Assembly: GCA_963747235.1 (NCBI GenBank)
Contig: CAVVEU010000004.1
Span: 163,317-227,316 of the forward strand
Origin: an uncultured Candidatus Rokubacteria bacterium
GTDB lineage: Bacteria; Methylomirabilota; Methylomirabilia; Rokubacteriales; CSP1-6
Reading direction: 5' to 3'
DNA: 64,000 nucleotides
Positions 21,193-31,377 of this stretch are shown piece by piece (position 1 is the first letter of the stretch; each line of letters starts with the position of its first letter). The notes below the pieces were generated by a model, which saw nothing but the letters and a program-made list of their open reading frames with translations, made no database searches and was not told the origin of the DNA. Position numbers and translations under genes: made by a program.

Positions 21193-21305
21193 CGGCAGCG
21201 GCACTCCGTGGACACCGGACGACTCGGTGTCACCAGGCAGCCCGAATCCGTCACATCGCGCCCGCAGGGCCCTCGCAATTCCACGCACTTGGCCGGTGTT
21301 CCGGG

Positions 21306-21321
21306 TGGCAAGAATGTTGCG
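21306..21321 (+). promoter_or_regulatory. putative sigma54 promoter
   Basis: TGGCAAGAATGTTGCG; the in-frame ATG 21335 is 15 nt after the -12 C. Confidence 0.65.
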
Positions 21322-21334
21322 GCTTGCAACCACC

Positions 21335-22699
21335 ATGCTGGCCTTCCCGCCGGGGCTCATGCGCTGGATCTTCGGGATCGCCCTGGCCGCTTCCCTCCTG
21401 GCGATGGGCTGCAATGGCCCGGACTCGAGGGCCCGGGGCTCGATCAAGGCCGGGGATGAGGCGGCGCAGCAGCGGGCCCTCCGCGAGGCGCTGAACCACT
21501 ACCGGACCGCCGCGGTGGCGGAGCCCGCCTCGGTCGAGGCCCAGATGCGGCGCGGCGCGATGGCGGAGCTGCTGGGCGAGTTCGACGAGGCGCTCGAGGC
21601 CTACAGCCGCGCGAGCCGCCTGCAGCCCTCGGGCCTCGCCTACTACCGCGCCGGGGCCATGGCCGACCGCATGGGCAACACCGTGCTCGCCACCGAGTTC
21701 CTGAACGCCAGCCTGCAGGCGCCGCCCACCCGCGGCGAGCGGTGGGCGCAGAGCGGCCAGCACGCGATCGAGCGGATGACGCTGTCGCTCAACGGCTCGC
21801 GCTGGGGCCGCATGCTGCCCGACTGGGTGTTCCGCTCGCTCCACGCGAGCCGCGTGGTGCTGGCCAATGCCGTGCTCGATCGCGAGGTGGTGGCGGCGGC
21901 GCTCTTCACCACGCTGCTCGAGGCGGGCGAGCCGGAGCGCGCGCTGGAGGTGGCGCGCGGGCGTGGCTGGGTGCGCGAGGGCGCCGACTACTGCTCGGCC
22001 GCGCGCGGAGCGGTGGGGGCCGAGACGCGCGCCCTGGTCGGCATGCTCGCCGCGCCGGAGCGCGCGGACTGTCTCCTGCCGCTGGGGCGCGCGCTGACCG
22101 ATGCCGACCTGGTCCGGCTCTCGCGCCTGGTGCTGCAGGACCGCATCCGCCGCGCGCCGGACGCGCGCGCGCGCCGCGAGGTCGAGACCTTCCTGCGGTA
22201 TCGCCTGCCCGCGCACGACGTGCCCAAGACCGCCGAGTCGCTCAACGTCGCGGCCTACAACCTCCAGCACCGCTTCGGCGATCAGGGCGCGGCGGCGACC
22301 GCGTACCAGAAGGCGATCGCGGCCGATCCGAAGTTCTCCTGGCCCTACGCCAATCTCGGCCGCCTCTACATGGAGCTCGACCAGTACGATCTCGCGGTGG
22401 ACTGGCTCTCCACCGCGATCCGCGTCAACCCGAACCACTTCCGCGCCCACGCCAACCTGGGCGTCGCGCTGCAGACGCTGCGGCGGTACGACGAGGCGGT
22501 GGCGGCCTACCGCGCCGCGCTCGCGCTCGATCCGGCCGACGCGGCCACCCACGCGAACCTGGGGCGCAGCCTGCTGAGCCTGGGTCGCGACCAGGAGGGC
22601 CTGCGCGCGGTGCAGACCGCGGTGCGTCTCGATCCGAGCCTCGAGGAGGAGCGCGAGCTCCTGACCCGGCGCCTCGCCGGCGGCTTCCGCCTGGACTGA
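21335..22699 (+). CDS. tetratricopeptide-repeat protein, possible lipoprotein
   Basis: TPR repeats (AYQKAIAADPKFSWPYANLG; AHANLGVAL) and a lipobox-like LAMGC. Start is 21335 or 21359. Confidence 0.8.
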   Translation: MLAFPPGLMRWIFGIALAASLLAMGCNGPDSRARGSIKAGDEAAQQRALREALNHYRTAAVAEPASVEAQMRRGAMAELLGEFDEALEAYSRASRLQPSGLAYYRAGAMADRMGNTVLATEFLNASLQAPPTRGERWAQSGQHAIERMTLSLNGSRWGRMLPDWVFRSLHASRVVLANAVLDREVVAAALFTTLLEAGEPERALEVARGRGWVREGADYCSAARGAVGAETRALVGMLAAPERADCLLPLGRALTDADLVRLSRLVLQDRIRRAPDARARREVETFLRYRLPAHDVPKTAESLNVAAYNLQHRFGDQGAAATAYQKAIAADPKFSWPYANLGRLYMELDQYDLAVDWLSTAIRVNPNHFRAHANLGVALQTLRRYDEAVAAYRAALALDPADAATHANLGRSLLSLGRDQEGLRAVQTAVRLDPSLEEERELLTRRLAGGFRLD

Positions 22700-22722
22700 C
22701 GCCGCGGTATGGTGGGGCGCCC

Positions 22723-23955
22723 ATGCGCCCCGACCCGGCGGCCTCCCCCGCGCCTTCGTATCTCGCCCTCGGCGTCACCGTCGTCACCCTCGCGCTGGCC
22801 TACGGGGTCTGGTACGCCTACAGCGTCTTCCTGGTCGCGCTGCTGCGGGAGTTCGGCTGGAGCCGCTCGGTGCTGGCCGGCGCGTTCTCCATCTTCACGC
22901 TGGTCAGCGGCGGCGCCGGACCCGTGCTGGGCGCGCTCGCCGATCGCTTCGGGCCGCGCCGGCTCATCCTGATCGGCGGCGTGCTGCTGGCGGGCTCGCT
23001 CTGGGCGGACAGCCTGGTCACGCGCGCCTGGCACCTCTACCTGACCTTCGGCCTGCTCACCGCGGTCGGGGTGGCGACCGCGGGCTGGACGCCCGCCGTG
23101 GTCATGGTGCAGCGGCAGTGGAAGGCGCGCCTGGGCCTGGCCCTCGGCATCGCGGGCTCCGGAGTCGGCCTCGGCATCTTCCTGGTCGTCCCGCTCTGCC
23201 AGGCGCTGATCGACGGCGTCGGCTGGCGCTGGGCGTTCCGCACGCTCGCCATCCTGTGCGCGCTCTGGATCCTGCCCGCGACCTTCCTGGCCATCCGCGA
23301 CACGCCGCCGTCGCCCCGCGAGCCCGCCGCGCGCGGCGAGGCGGGCCGGCCGCCCGCGGGCGAGCATTCGCTCGGGCTGGCGCTGGCGAATCCGTCCTTT
23401 CGACTCATCGGTCTTGCCGTCTTCCTCGGCAGCATCTGCAGCCAGACGCTTCACGTCCACCAGGCCGCCTTCCTGACCGATCACGGCCTGCCGGCCATGA
23501 CCGCCGCGTCGGTGATCAGCGTGGTGGGCGCCTCCAGCATCGTGGGCAAGACGGGCGGAGGCTGGATCTCGGATCATCTCTCGCGCGAGCTGGTCTACGC
23601 GCTCGGCATGATCGGCATGATCGTCGGCGTGGGCGTGCTCTGGCTGGTGGCGCTGGCCCCGTCGGCGTGGCTCGCGCTGGGCTACGCGGTGCTGTTCGGC
23701 CTCGGCTACTCGGTCACCGCGTTCATCGTGCCCGCCATGATGAGCGACCGGTTCCGGGGCCCGCACTTCGGCTCGATCTTCGGCGCGACCCAGGTGGCGA
23801 GCGCGCTCGGCAGCGCCCTGGGCGCGTGGCTGGCCGGGCGGATCTTCGACGCGACGGGGAGCTACGCGATCGCGTTCTCGCTGGCCGCCGCGGCGGCCGG
23901 GGTGGCGGCGCTGTCGGTGTGGGCGGGGCGGTTGCGGGGGCCGGCGCGGCTCTAG
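22723..23955 (+). CDS. MFS transporter (OFA/MCT-like)
   Basis: Twelve-TM pattern, motif A GALADRFGPRR and GGWISDHLSR. Confidence 0.9.
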   Translation: MRPDPAASPAPSYLALGVTVVTLALAYGVWYAYSVFLVALLREFGWSRSVLAGAFSIFTLVSGGAGPVLGALADRFGPRRLILIGGVLLAGSLWADSLVTRAWHLYLTFGLLTAVGVATAGWTPAVVMVQRQWKARLGLALGIAGSGVGLGIFLVVPLCQALIDGVGWRWAFRTLAILCALWILPATFLAIRDTPPSPREPAARGEAGRPPAGEHSLGLALANPSFRLIGLAVFLGSICSQTLHVHQAAFLTDHGLPAMTAASVISVVGASSIVGKTGGGWISDHLSRELVYALGMIGMIVGVGVLWLVALAPSAWLALGYAVLFGLGYSVTAFIVPAMMSDRFRGPHFGSIFGATQVASALGSALGAWLAGRIFDATGSYAIAFSLAAAAAGVAALSVWAGRLRGPARL

Positions 23956-24497
23956 GGGCTCTCGCCGCGCGCGGGCGCGACGACGACGGCGTCCGACGGC
24001 TGGAGCCCGCGGCGCTCGCGAACGGACCGCGCGCGGGGTGCGGCGGCCGCGTGGTCCTCGGCCGACAGGACGCGCGCGGGCTCGGGGACCTCGGGCGCGC
24101 GGACGCGGGCCTTCGCGGGAGCGGGGACCGCGTCGCCGGGCGCGGGCTTGACGGCCGCCGGCCCGGGCGCGGGGGTGACCGCGGCGCGCGGCGCCGCGGG
24201 GACCGGGCGCGCGGAGGCGGACGCGCCGGGCGTCGGATCGGCATTCGGACCGGAGGCATCGAGATGCAGGAGATACGGCAGCGAGACGAGGACGACCATG
24301 CCCACCGCGGTCAGCAGCAGCGAGGCGCGCACCCAGCCGCGCGACAGCCAGCCTCCCGCCGGCTCCTCGTCCTGGCCGGTGAGCCAGCGGATCTCCTCCT
24401 GGAGCGCGGCCACTTCCGCGCGCAGCCGCGTGGCCTCGTCCTCGAGGCCGACGAGCCGCTGATCCACCGCGCTGATGTTGCGCTCCGGTGAGGCCAT
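23952..24497 (-). CDS. hypothetical single-pass membrane protein (N-terminal coiled coil, Pro/Ala-rich tail)
   Basis: LEDEATRLRAEVAALQEEIR, TM segment ASLLLTAVGMVVLVSLPYLL. Confidence 0.6.
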   Translation of the reverse strand: MASPERNISAVDQRLVGLEDEATRLRAEVAALQEEIRWLTGQDEEPAGGWLSRGWVRASLLLTAVGMVVLVSLPYLLHLDASGPNADPTPGASASARPVPAAPRAAVTPAPGPAAVKPAPGDAVPAPAKARVRAPEVPEPARVLSAEDHAAAAPRARSVRERRGLQPSDAVVVAPARGESP

Positions 24498-24510
24498 GAC
24501 CCCTGAGAGG

Positions 24511-24526
24511 AGCAAGACGGAGGCCA
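24511..24526 (-). promoter_or_regulatory. putative sigma54 promoter
   Basis: TGGCCTCCGTCTTGCT on the minus strand; ATG 24497 is 15 nt after the -12 C. Confidence 0.6.
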
Positions 24527-24611
24527 GCCCTTCGATGGCTGAAAAGTCGGCGGCTTATGCGGTGGGGGCGCACCTTCTTCGGCGCGATTCGCGTCAGAGC
24601 GGCGTCCGGCC

Positions 24612-25408
24612 ATGACGATTCCCGACATCCTGGCGCTCGACTTCGACGGCGTCTGCTGCGACGGACTGCGCGAGTACTTCGAGACGAGCCGACGCACCTG
24701 CGCGCGCGTGTGGCCCGCGGAGGAGCCGCCCGCCGAGAGCGCCTTCGTGGCGTTCTGCGCGCTGCGCCCGGTGATCCTGAGCGGCTGGGAGATGCCGGTG
24801 CTCCTGCGCGCCATCGCGCGCGGGGTGCCGCGCGCGGAGATCCTGGGCGGCTGGGAGCGGGTGCGCGCGGAGCTCGTGGCGACGGGGTCGCCGAGCGGCG
24901 ACGCGCTGATCGCGCGGCTCGGCCACGCGCTCGACGAGGTGCGCCACGCGTGGATCGCCGCCGACGAGGCGGGCTGGCTCGCGCTCCACGTCCCGTACGG
25001 CAGCGTGGACGAGCTGCGCCGCCTGGTGGCCGAGCCCGCGCGGAGCGTGCTGGTCACCACCAAGGAGGGCGGGTTCGCGCGGCGCATCCTGGATACCTGG
25101 GGGGTGCGGCTCGCCGACGTGCAGGGCAAGGAGACGGGCGTGCACAAGTGCCTGAACCTCCGCGCGCTGATCGCGGCGTGGACCGCCGAGCGCGGGAGCC
25201 GGCCGCGGCTGGCCTTCGTGGAGGACCGCCTCGAGACGCTCCAGCACGTGACCACGCATCCGGATCTGGACGACGTGGCGCTCTTCCTCGCCGCCTGGGG
25301 CTACAACACGGAGGCGGCGCGGGCGGCCGCGCGCGCGGATTGCGCGGATCCGCCTGCTCACGCTGGAGCAGTTCCGGCAGGGCTCCGCAGCTGGCCGTGC
25401 CATGGTGA
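24612..25408 (+). CDS. HAD-family hydrolase (3' end uncertain, apparent frameshift ~25340)
   Basis: Motif I LDFDGVCCD, VTTK, FVEDR and LAAWGYN. Confidence 0.82.
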
Positions 25409-25444
25409 CCGCTCGGTCGCGCGGCCGGCTTCACCTGGCCCTGG

Positions 25445-25948
25445 GATGCCGCCTTCGAGCAGGTCCATCTTCTTGCCGACCAGCGGCCAGGTATCGGAGA
25501 ACCGCTCGCCGCCGTTGTCGCTCGTGAACACGACCAGCGTGTCGCGATCCGCCCCCGCCGCCTTCAGCGCCTTGAGGATGCGCCCGATGCCCTCGTCCAT
25601 CTGGCGGATCATGGTGAGGTAGGTCACGACGGAGCCGCCGTCGAAGTGATAGAGCTTCCCGATGCGCTTCGACTCCGTCTCGTCCTCGCGGGTGAGCCAG
25701 GGCCAGTGGGGCGCGTTGTAGTGCACCGACAGGAAGAAGGGGCCCTTGCGCTCGCGGCCGATGAACTCGACCGCCCGGTCGGAAATGAGGTCCGTCAGGT
25801 ATCCCTTCCGATGCACCGCGACGTCGTTTTCGTACAGGTCGTGGTTGTTCGCGGTGTCGCGGTGACTGAAGTAGTCCATGCCTCCTGAGAGAGCGCCGAA
25901 GAACTCCTGGTAGCCGCTCCGGAGCGGCCCGAAGTGCGGCGGGTAGCC
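25445..25948 (-). pseudogene. internal fragment of an arylsulfatase-family gene
   Basis: GYPPHFGP..GYQEFFG, PFFLSVHYNAPHWPW, TLVVFTSDNGGE and KMDLLEGGI. Lacks the N-terminal C/SxPxR motif and the C-terminal half. Confidence 0.78.
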
Positions 25949-26040
25949 GTGACCGCATTCTTGTATCCGCTCGGCTCGCCTGCGGCTGCGCCTCGCCCTG
26001 CCCTTGTCCGCGCGCGCGGCCTGTGGCATGGTCTGTCGCC

Positions 26041-27285
26041 ATGAAGATCGCGCGCGTGGAAGCCCTGCACTGTGACGGCGGCTGGCGGCCCTGGACCTTC
26101 GTTCGCGTCGAGACCGACGATGGCCTCGTGGGCTGGGGGGAATGCAGCGACAACCGGAGCCCGTACGGCATCGCGGGCTCGGTGCAGGACCTGACCCCGC
26201 TGCTGATCGGTCAGGATCCGCGGCCGGTCGAGCGCCTGTACTGGGACATGCTGCGGGCCACGCGCCAGAACCTGGGCGGCGTGAGCCACAAGGCGATGGC
26301 CGGCATCGAGCTGGCGCTCTGGGACATCAAGGCCAAGGCCCTCGGCGTGCCGGTCTACGAGCTCTTCGGCGGCCCGATGCGCGACCGCATGCGGCTGTAC
26401 TGGTCGCACTGCGGGACGACGCGGGCGCGGCTCGGCCACGTGCTGGGCACGCCGCCGCTGCGCACCTACGCCGACATCACCGCGCTCGGCAAGGAAGTGG
26501 TGGCCCGCGGCTTCACCGCGCTCAAGACCAACATGGTGATCCCGGGCGATCCGGCCACCGTGTACTTCCCGGGCTTCGCGAGCGGCATCAACTCGACGGA
26601 CGGCGCCCCCACCGTGGAGATCCTCGACGCGATCGAGCGCCTGATCGGCACCTTCCGCGACGCGGTGGGGCCCGAAGGTCGGCCTCTGCCTCGATCTCAA
26701 CTACAACTTCCGCACCGAGGGCGTGCTGCGGGTGGCCAAGCTGCTCGAGCAGTTCGACATGCAGTGGGTCGAGTACGACAACTGGGACCCGCAGGCGCTG
26801 CTGCAGATCAAGCAGTCGACCTCCACGCGCCTCGCTTCGCTGCGAGAGCCTGGTGACCACGCGCCAGTACCGGCCCTTCCTCGAGCTGCACGCGGTGGAC
26901 GTGGCCATCATCGACGTGCCGTGGAACGGCTTCTCCCAGGCGGTCCAGATCGGGCGCATGGCCGAGACCTACGAGATCAACATCGCGCCCCACAACTACT
27001 ACAGCCACCTGGCCGATCTCCATTCGCTCCACCTCTGCGCGGTGCTGCCCAACGTGCGCATCATGGAGATCGACATCGACGACGTGTCGTGGAAGGCGGA
27101 CCTGGTGACGAAGCCGCCGGTGGTGAAGGACGGCCACATCTTCCTGCCCTCGGGGCCCGGGCTGGGGCGCCGACATCAACGAGGAGGTCCTGCGCGCGCA
27201 TCCCTGGCCGGGGCCGGGCGACCGCGCGCGGAGCTTCTACGGCATGAGCCCCGAGCAGATGCGGGCGCGCCCGTCCGCTACGTGA
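26041..27285 (+). CDS. mandelate racemase/muconate lactonizing enzyme family (acid-sugar dehydratase-like), 3 apparent frameshifts
   Basis: VETDDGLVGWGE, ALWDIKAKALGVPVYELFGG, KTN, DLN, WVE, APHN and PG.WG across frames. Confidence 0.87.
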
Positions 27286-27916
27286 CCTTCGGCTCGATCT
27301 TCCGGTGCAGCGCCTTCTCGGCCGCGCGCCAGAGATACCAGGCGGCCACCGAGCGGTAGGGCTCCCAGCGCGCGCCGTAGCGCCGGAGCTGCTTCGGGGT
27401 CGGCTGCTTGCGCCGGCCGTAGGCGATCTTGAAGCCCTCGCGCACCCCGAAGTCGTCCACCGGCAGCACGTCGGGGCGGCCGAGGGTGAACATCAGCAGC
27501 ATCTCCACCGTCCACTGGCCGACCCCGCGCACCTGGACCAGCCGCTCGATCAGCTCGGCGTCGGTCAGGCGGTGGCAGGCGGCGCGGGTGGGAATCAGCC
27601 CGCTGCGCGTCTTGCGCGCGATGTCCTTGATCGAGCGGGTCTTCGCCCGCGAGAACCCCGCGCGGCGCATCTTGCGCGCGTCCACGGTGGCGATGTCCTC
27701 GGGCCGCGGGAAGCGCCGGCCCGGGAAGAGCGCGATGAAGCGCCCCAGGATCGCCTCGGCGGCCCGCCCGTGGATCTGCTGGTGCGCGATGGCCCGCACC
27801 AGCGTCTCGAACGGCGAGTGATTGCGCACCGCGAGGCCGCACGGCCCCACGCGCCGGATGAGCGCGCGCATCACCGGGTCCACGGTGGAGAGATGCCGGA
27901 TCGCGGGACGGCTCAT
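27278..27916 (-). CDS. alkA: DNA-3-methyladenine glycosylase II family (HhH-GPD)
   Basis: LVRAIAHQQ, HhH motif VRGVGQWT, DVLPVDDFGVR and WEPYRSVAAWYLW. Confidence 0.88.
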   Translation of the reverse strand: MSRPAIRHLSTVDPVMRALIRRVGPCGLAVRNHSPFETLVRAIAHQQIHGRAAEAILGRFIALFPGRRFPRPEDIATVDARKMRRAGFSRAKTRSIKDIARKTRSGLIPTRAACHRLTDAELIERLVQVRGVGQWTVEMLLMFTLGRPDVLPVDDFGVREGFKIAYGRRKQPTPKQLRRYGARWEPYRSVAAWYLWRAAEKALHRKIEPKVT

Positions 27917-27956
27917 CGCCGCGTGACTGTAGCACAAGGTTATTGACTTCTCTCCC

Positions 27957-28916
27957 GTGAGTCGCCACCATCCGGAGGTCATGCAGACCACGCCCGTGCG
28001 GTATCCCGATCCGGCGGTGCAGATCCTCGACGAGAGCTTCGCCAAGTACCGCGTCTTCAACGCGGCGGTGGAGCGCCTGGCCACCGGGTTCCGCTGGGCG
28101 GAGGGGCCGGTGTGGTTCGGCGACGGCCGCTACGTGCTGTGGAGCGATATCCCGAACGATCGCATCATGCGCTGGGACGAGGAGACCGGGGCCGTCTCCG
28201 TGTTCCGCAAGCCGTCGAACTTCTCGAACGGCAACACGCGCGATCGCCAGGGGCGGCTCGTCACCTGCGAGCACGACAGCCGGCGCGTGACCCGCACCGA
28301 GTACGACGGGGCGGTCACGGTGCTGATGGACTCGTTCGAGCACAAGCGGCTCAACTCCCCGAACGACGTGGTGGTCAAGTCGGACGACAGCGTGTGGTTC
28401 ACCGATCCGCCCTTCGGCGTGCTCGGCAACTACGAGGGCCACACCGCGGCGGTCGAGCTGCCCACGAACGTCTATCGCCTCGATCCGCGGACCGGCAAGG
28501 CCACCGTGGCGACCGGCGACGTCCCGCGCCCGAACGGCCTCTGCTTCTCCCCCGACGAGAGCCGGCTCTACGTGGTCGTCTCGGGATCGATGCCGCGCGA
28601 GATCCGCGTGTTCGACGTGGTCGCGGGCGGCACCGCGCTGGCCAACGGGCGCGTCTTCATCAACACCGGGGCCGGCATCCCCGACGGCCTGCGCTGCGAC
28701 ACCGACGGCAACCTCTGGTGCGGCTGGGGCGGGGGCGAGGGCCTCGACGGCGTCGCGGTCTACAATCCGGACGCGAAGCTGATCGGCCGCATCCTGCTGC
28801 CGGAGCGCTGCGCCAACCTCTGCTTCGGCGGGGCCAAGCGCAATCGGCTCTTCCTCGCCGCGAGCCAGTCGCTCTACTCGATCTTCGTCAATACCCAGGG
28901 CGTCGCCGGCGGCTGA
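27957..28916 (+). CDS. SMP-30/gluconolactonase family protein
   Basis: WAEGPVW, WSDIPN, LNSPND, PNGLCFSPDE and PDG. Confidence 0.92.
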   Translation: MSRHHPEVMQTTPVRYPDPAVQILDESFAKYRVFNAAVERLATGFRWAEGPVWFGDGRYVLWSDIPNDRIMRWDEETGAVSVFRKPSNFSNGNTRDRQGRLVTCEHDSRRVTRTEYDGAVTVLMDSFEHKRLNSPNDVVVKSDDSVWFTDPPFGVLGNYEGHTAAVELPTNVYRLDPRTGKATVATGDVPRPNGLCFSPDESRLYVVVSGSMPREIRVFDVVAGGTALANGRVFINTGAGIPDGLRCDTDGNLWCGWGGGEGLDGVAVYNPDAKLIGRILLPERCANLCFGGAKRNRLFLAASQSLYSIFVNTQGVAGG

Positions 28917-28926
28917 GCGGCCGCCG

Positions 28927-30136
28927 ATGGCCCTCCCCACCGGCCTGCGGGCGTTCCGCCACGCCGATTTTCGGCGGTTCTTCGCGGCGCAGTTCGTGGC
29001 CCAGGTCGGCTCCTGGATGCAGACGGTGGCCCAGTCCTGGCTCGTGCTCCAGCTCACGTCCTCGCCCCTGCTCCTGGGGTTGATCGGCACGCTCCAGTTC
29101 GGGCCGATCCTCCTCTTCTCGATCGTGTCGGGCGCGGTCGCCGATCGGGTGCCCAAGCGGCGGCTGCTGCTCGTGACCCAGTCGGTGATGGGCGCCCAGG
29201 CGCTCGTGCTGGGCGCGCTGGTGTACGGGGGCCACGTCGAGTACTGGCACGTGGCGGTGCTCGCCACCGGGGTCGGGCTCGCCAACGTCTTCGACGGGCC
29301 GGCCCGCCAGTCCTTCGTGGCCGAGATGGTCGGCCGGGCCGACGTGGGCAGCGCGATCTCGCTCAACTCGGCGTGCTTCAACTCGGCCCGCATCGTGGGG
29401 CCGAGCATCGGGGGCGTGATCATCGGCCGCTACGGGATCGCGCCCGCCTTCGTGCTCAACGCGCTGGGCTTCGCCATCGCGATCGGCCATCATGCTCACC
29501 CTGCGGGCGCGCGGGCTGCCGCAGCCGCGCTCCGGCCAGGGCGTGATCCAGGAGATCCTCGTCGGCATCCGCTACGTGAGGCGCACGCGCGAGATGCTGC
29601 TGGCCCTCGGGCTCACGTTCATGGTGAGCCTCTGCGTGTTCAACTTCACGGTCTACGTGCCGCTCGTGGTCCGCGGCGTGCTGGGGCTGGGCGCGGAGGG
29701 CTTCGGCTTCCTGATGGCCGCGCTCGGGGTGGGGGCGGTGAGCGGGGCGCTCACGCTCGGCACCCTCGGGGCCCGCCGGCCGCCGCGCGCGCTGATGTTC
29801 GCGGCGGCCGCGCTGGCCTGCGGCGGGCTCATCGGTCTCGCGCTGGTGCGCGCGTTCTGGCCCGCGGTGGCGGTGCTGTTCATCACCGGATTCTTCGGCA
29901 TCATCGCGGTGGTGTCCTGCAACACCACGATGCAGCTCTCGGCCCCCGACGCGCTGCGCGGGCGGGTGATGAGCATCTACACGCTGATCTGGGGCGGGGT
30001 GTTCCCGATCGGCGCGTTCATGGTGGGGGCGATGTCCGAGCGCTGGGGCGTCCAGCGCGCGCTGATGACCAACGGGACCATCGGGCTGGCCGGGGTCACG
30101 GCGCTGCTCGGCTGGTGGCGGCTGCGGGCGCGCTGA
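28927..30136 (+). CDS. MFS transporter (MFS_3/DHA3-like), apparent frameshift ~29488
   Basis: GSWMQTVAQSWLV, GAVADRVPKRR and LRGRVMSIY. Confidence 0.88.
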
Positions 30137-30159
30137 GCGCCGGGAGGAGAGAGATCGCG

Positions 30160-31352
30160 ATGGCGTCACGACCGAGAGTGCGGGTGGGCATCGTGGGCGC
30201 GGGCTTCGTGGCCCACATCCACGGCGAGGCGTACCGTCACGTGCGCGGGGTGGAGGTCGAGCTCGCGTGCGTGACCGCGGCGCGCCCCGAGCGGGCCCAG
30301 GCCTACGCGCGGGAGTTCGGGGTGGCGCGCGCGGTCGCCGATTTCCACGCGGTGCTCGCCGATCCGGACGTGGACCTGGTGGATCTCTGCGTGCCGGCGC
30401 ATCTCCACGCGGCGATGGCGATCGAGGCCGCGCGCGCGGGCAAGCACGTGATCGTGGAGAAGCCGCTCACCGGGTTCTTCGGCCCGCCGGACACGCCCCG
30501 CGCGGAGATGATGACGCGCGCGCTGGCCAGCGCCGACCAGGTGCTCGCCGCCGCGGCGGCCGCGCGCGTGCGGCTCTGCTACGCGGAGAACTGGGTGTAC
30601 GCGCCGCCGATCCAGAAGGCGCGCCGGCTGCTCGCCGCCTCGGGCGGGCCCATCCTGAGACTGGTCGGCGAGGAGAGCCACTCGGGCACGCACGCGCCGA
30701 TCAACAAGCGCTGGGTCACCGGCGGCGGCGGCTCGCTGATCGGCAAGGCCTGCCACCCGCTGGGCGCCGCGCTCTATCTGAAGGCGGACGAGGGCCGGCG
30801 CCTGCGCGGGGTCCCGGTCCGGCCGGTCTCGGTGATGGCGGAGACCGCCCAGCTCGCCGACACCGCGACCTTCCGCGCGGCCACGCCGCGCTATCTCAAC
30901 ATCGTGGACGGCGCCGACGTGGAGGACTGGGGCACCATGCTGATCACCTTCGACGACGGCACGGTGGCGGCGATCTCGGCGGCCGACACGGTGCTGGGCG
31001 GGATCCGCAACCAGATGGCGATCTACGGCGCCAAGGCGGTGGTGCTCTGCAACATCAATCCCAACGACCTCGTGCAGGCCTACGCGCCCGACGGATCCGT
31101 GTTCGGCGACGAGTACATCGTGGAGAAGATCGAGACCAAGGCGGGCTGGACCGCGCCCCAGCCCGACGAGGAGTGGACCACCGGCTACCCGCAGGAGATG
31201 CAGGACTTCGTGGAGTGCGTGGCCACGGGCCGCGAGCCGCTCTCCGATGGCCCGCTCGCCCGCGACGTCACCGCGGTCATCTACGGCGCCTACCTCTCCG
31301 CGAACGAAGGCCGCCGCGTCGACCTCCGCCCCTATACGGGGTCAGGTCTTGA
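30160..31352 (+). CDS. Gfo/Idh/MocA family oxidoreductase (stop position uncertain; runs into repeat)
   Basis: VGIVGAGF, GKHVIVEKP and GGGSL..ACHP. SD GGAGGAG. The natural end near VDLRPY abuts the repeat. Confidence 0.88.
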
Positions 31353-31376
31353 ATACGACATTTCCGCGCGCGCGCG
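31338..31376 (+). repeat. REP-like single arm, copy 2
   Basis: GGGGTCAGGTCTTGAATACGACATTTCCGCGCGCGCGCG at a convergent junction. Confidence 0.85.
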
Positions 31377-31377
31377 A

